This document shows positions 60,876-64,000 of a stretch of 64,000 bases of DNA, one piece after another (within the stretch, counting starts at the first letter, position 1; the number at the start of each line of letters is the position of its first letter). Below the pieces are notes generated by a model that worked only from the letters and a program-made list of their open reading frames with translations, did no database searches and was not told the DNA's origin. Made by a program: the position numbers and the translations under genes. The stretch lies in assembly GCA_030390025.1 (NCBI GenBank), contig CM059438.1, positions 18,538,001-18,602,000 on the forward strand. Reading direction: 5' to 3'. Source of the stretch: Squalus acanthias (Eukaryota).

Positions 60876-62430
60876 CAGAGGTTCCCAAACTTTGGGGGTG
60901 GGGGGCTGAGGAGAGCCACTGATGTAAACTCACACAGCCAAGGTGTATCGAAAGTCTGAATTTCTTTAAAATTTTTAAAAGGAACTGATCAAATTTAAGA
61001 AATTCAGACTTTTGATTGCCAGTCTCTCACAGTAAACCTGGAAGGTGGGGCGAGGCTGCACTGGTGGCAGCTGCAGGCACTCTCCAGGTAAGCAGTGTGT
61101 TTTGACAATATTATAGTTCATCACCAGTCCAGATGAACCCTGGCTGAATTGGTATCTGTCGTTTCAAATTGTTGTGCTCCAAACACCCTGCACCCCCCCC
61201 CCCAGCTCTCGCGTGCTATATAACTGACGCTAGGTGCTCGATAACTGAAGGAATGGGAGCGGTTTTTGAAGTGTACGGTTGAAGCTGATCCCGGGGAAAG
61301 GACAAGTAGAGCCAGTCACAATAAAAGTAGGAAATCCGATTCTTCCAACATGAACTTAGAATTCGCGAAAATCCTCGACTGCAACGTGTTGTTTGTGCTG
61401 ACGTTCACTTAGAGACCAAACACCTGCACCTCACAAATAAATCACAAGATTTCTTTTCCCCCCCAAACGAAAGCTCTTTCAACTCAAAAGGGCAAGAGGA
61501 TGAAAAGCACTTGAAGCATTCTACGCTGTCTCATACCAAATCGCAAGCAGCGGAAAATCTCATCTGATCGGTGAAAATGCTGTACTTCCAGCAGCGATTG
61601 AAAAACATGGATAGTATGAGGAAGGAAAGTTGCTGACCAGCCAAGTCTCATCCCACTATTTAACAACAGTTAGCCACCAAATTGCTAATGTGGCAGGAGA
61701 CTTGGAGGAGCAGCTAGACAAAGCAGCGAGGGAAAGCCCCTTTTCTGCACTACAAACTGACGCGAGCACTGGCTGTGCCAACGCAGCACAAATGGTGGTT
61801 TTCCTTCGATACAGCAACTCATCCGAGATCAAAGAGGACTTTTTATTTTGCTGTTCTGGCCCAATGCGAACGACTGGTGAGGAGTTGTTCAAAATGTTAA
61901 GACTGGTACACGACAGAATAAAAACAAACACACTGAGTGCGGTGTCAAGATTGGCCAGGATGGGGACTGGACGCAATAGTGGACTTGCTGCTCGGGTGAA
62001 AGCTGTTGCACCGCGCGGTTTATGGCGCCACTGTTGTATACAGAGGGAGGCGCTAGCCGCAAAAGCTCCGCCAAACGAGCGGTCAGATGTACTGACTGCT
62101 GCCGTCGATGTTGTGCACCACGTAAAAGCTCGACCACTGATATCGTGCCTTTTCTCAGTGAAGAGACCTGGACAACGGGGAGAAATATACAACCAAAAAT
62201 GTACAGATACATTTTTACAGAACAGACACTTTGAGCTTGGTAATGGATAGGACATCGGGTTTGCAGCTCAGCTCTGAATTGAACAGATCACAGAGGCTCT
62301 GTACATTTTGGTCCATCCTCAGTGAGCCAAACTATGTTTCCCCTCCATTTCTCAAAAACCAAGAGACTTCGACAGATTACGAAAAGTAAAATGTTTTTGT
62401 GAGGCTACATTTATATTAATCTTTTACTCA
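60876..62430 (+). mobile_element. Decayed hAT (Charlie/ZBED5/SCAND3-like) transposon
   Basis: Charlie-type end CAGAGGTTCCCAAACT. Remnants HLETKH and ALEAFYAVSYQIA..HLIGE. ORF 61630..62250 has FSALQTDAST, IKEDFLFC, TTGEELF and HCCIQREALAAK. Confidence 0.85.
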
Positions 62431-63253
62431 AAGTTGTTGCAATTTACGGCCATTAGGAATAGGCCAGCAAGGGAAATTCCCGCTCTGCTGGCCTGTACAA
62501 GGAAAAAACGGACATAAAAAAAGAAAATGATGCCCAGTAATACTGGAGGTGAGCAACTACATTACTCCTCTGTAGAAGGTACTGGGGAAACCAAGCTCTT
62601 CAGGTGATTCTTGGACACCTCCTCAAAGCCGCAACGTCACCTCATTTACCCCAGATCGCTGTTGATCACAAGGTAAATGCATCATTAGGAAGTGTATTTT
62701 CAAAAGCCTTGTAGGGCTCAAATTAACAGAGTGCGCCAACTCTCTTTTTTTTAAACTTACCAAAAAAGTATAAATGAAATCACCAAAGGTACACTCATGC
62801 ATTCGTGATGCCTGATGGACACAGTAGTTAGGTTTAAGGGACAAGACAATTACAGGGTGGGTGAAAGCATGCAAACGTTAGAAGGCTCAGGCCTCGGAAC
62901 TTAGAAGTATATCCAAGCACACTGGGAACTGAAAACTCCACACTATTTTGTCAACATAATACTTTTCAATGTGTTTGCAGTTTGAATTACAGGCCTCACA
63001 TGAACACATGCCACAATAGCTCTTTTATTTTGAAGTTCAACTCATTTCTAAGTTGGAAAATTGCACAAAAAATGCACAAGAGAAAATAATAAAATTGTGA
63101 GTTCCCAGTAAGTGAACATTTTGAGAAAACTGGGCCATCTGTCAATGCAGTTGAGAAACACAATGGAGAAATGGCCTGCCTTGATGGCCATCATTTACTA
63201 TTTTGCTTTCAAACATAGTTTTAATGCGCCATTTCCACCCGAAAAATACTTAC

Positions 63254-63394
63254 TTTAGATTTGGCAGCTGTCTCCACAGTCTCATAAATTCCCATATAAA
63301 ACTCCGGATCAAACATATCCTGGACCATACAGCGGAATTTCACCAAACTATTTGGCTTTAAGTAATGCAGTGGAACATCATTCAAGGAGGGCAC
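63254..63394 (-). CDS. MCMBP: MCMBP exon (approx. 3); exons 1-2 lie beyond the window
   Basis: CAG acceptor, GTAAGT donor. [47 protein letters not shown]. Confidence 0.96.
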
Positions 63395-63706
63395 CTGTTA
63401 TTAGGAGGGAAAAATTGTATTCCAATCAAATCATTCATGGAGAATGTCATGTTAGCTACGGAAATAATGGCCTTTCTCGTTCCAACATTCCATCTATACC
63501 GTTAACTTTTGTAATAAAAAAGGTCCCAAGGTACTTCCCAATGGAAAATAATAGATATAGGAAAAGATACTGAACTATGGAGGGAGCAGTTACCAAAAGT
63601 TTGACTGAAAAGCTAGGTTTTTAAAAGGAGTGAAGCACAGAAATTGAGAGAGTTCTACAGAGTACGGTTCAAAGACGTCAAGCATCAGCAACCAAATACA
63701 TACCAG

Positions 63707-64000
63707 ATAGAGTCATAACGGCACAGGAGGCGGCCATTCGGCCCATCGAGTCCGTGCCGGCTCTCTGTAGAGCAATCCAGTCAGTCTCATTCCCCCACTC
63801 TATCCCCGTAGCCCTGCAAGTTTATTTCCCTCAAGTGCCTATCCAGTCTCCCCTTTGAAAACATTGAGTGTCTCCGCTTCCACCACTTCCGTCGGCAGCG
63901 AGTTCCAGGTCCTCACCACTCGCTGCGTAAAAAAAGTTTTCCTTCACGTCCCCCCTGTATCTCTTGCCCAAAACCTTAAATCTGTGCCCCCTAGTCTTTG
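63707..64000 (-). mobile_element. CR1 LINE 3' end running off the window
   Basis: atagagtcataacggcacaggaggcggccattcggcccatcg, a CR1 3' UTR in reverse. The same tail occurs at 50028..50084. Confidence 0.88.

Noticed and set aside
61656-62255. 199-aa minus-strand ORF
   Set aside because: Antisense shadow of the hAT transposase remnant.
1-64000. CRISPR arrays, rRNA, bona fide tRNA genes, prokaryotic operons or viral genes
   Set aside because: None seen. tRNA-like boxes belong to SINE heads, and the remaining 60-130-aa ORFs have no recognisable homology.

Overview
Vertebrate genomic DNA. The CR1, L2, Deu-SINE and Penelope-type repeats point to a cartilaginous fish (shark or ray), which is an inference. 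Two spliced genes face each other tail-to-tail. INPP5F (SAC2 PI4P phosphatase) is on +, with its last 12 coding exons at 33..37224, equivalent to human exons 9-20. MCMBP is on -, with 14 coding exons from 63394 to 43472, equivalent to human exons 3-16. Exon numbers come from counting back from the last exon using recalled human gene structures. I read all exon boundaries from the sequence, and they join in frame. MCMBP intron 5 (58652..58773) is a 122-nt minor-spliceosome (U12, AT-AC) intron. The introns hold many nested transposable elements: young and old CR1 LINEs, an RTE LINE inside an L2 tail, decayed Harbinger and hAT/Charlie transposases, pogo- and hAT-type MITEs with target-site duplications (TSDs), ancient SINEs, and palindromic Penelope-like relics with broken hammerhead cores. 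I cannot support a wholly new biological system here. The best leads are the U12 intron with an immediate stop on retention, near-identical inverted CR1 copies around the catalytic exons (circRNA or ADAR substrate), a 15-bp RTE micro-insertion with a 17-bp TSD, a 73-bp direct repeat flanking an MCMBP exon, and hammerhead or snoRNA-like motifs. Most short ORFs in the track are spurious.
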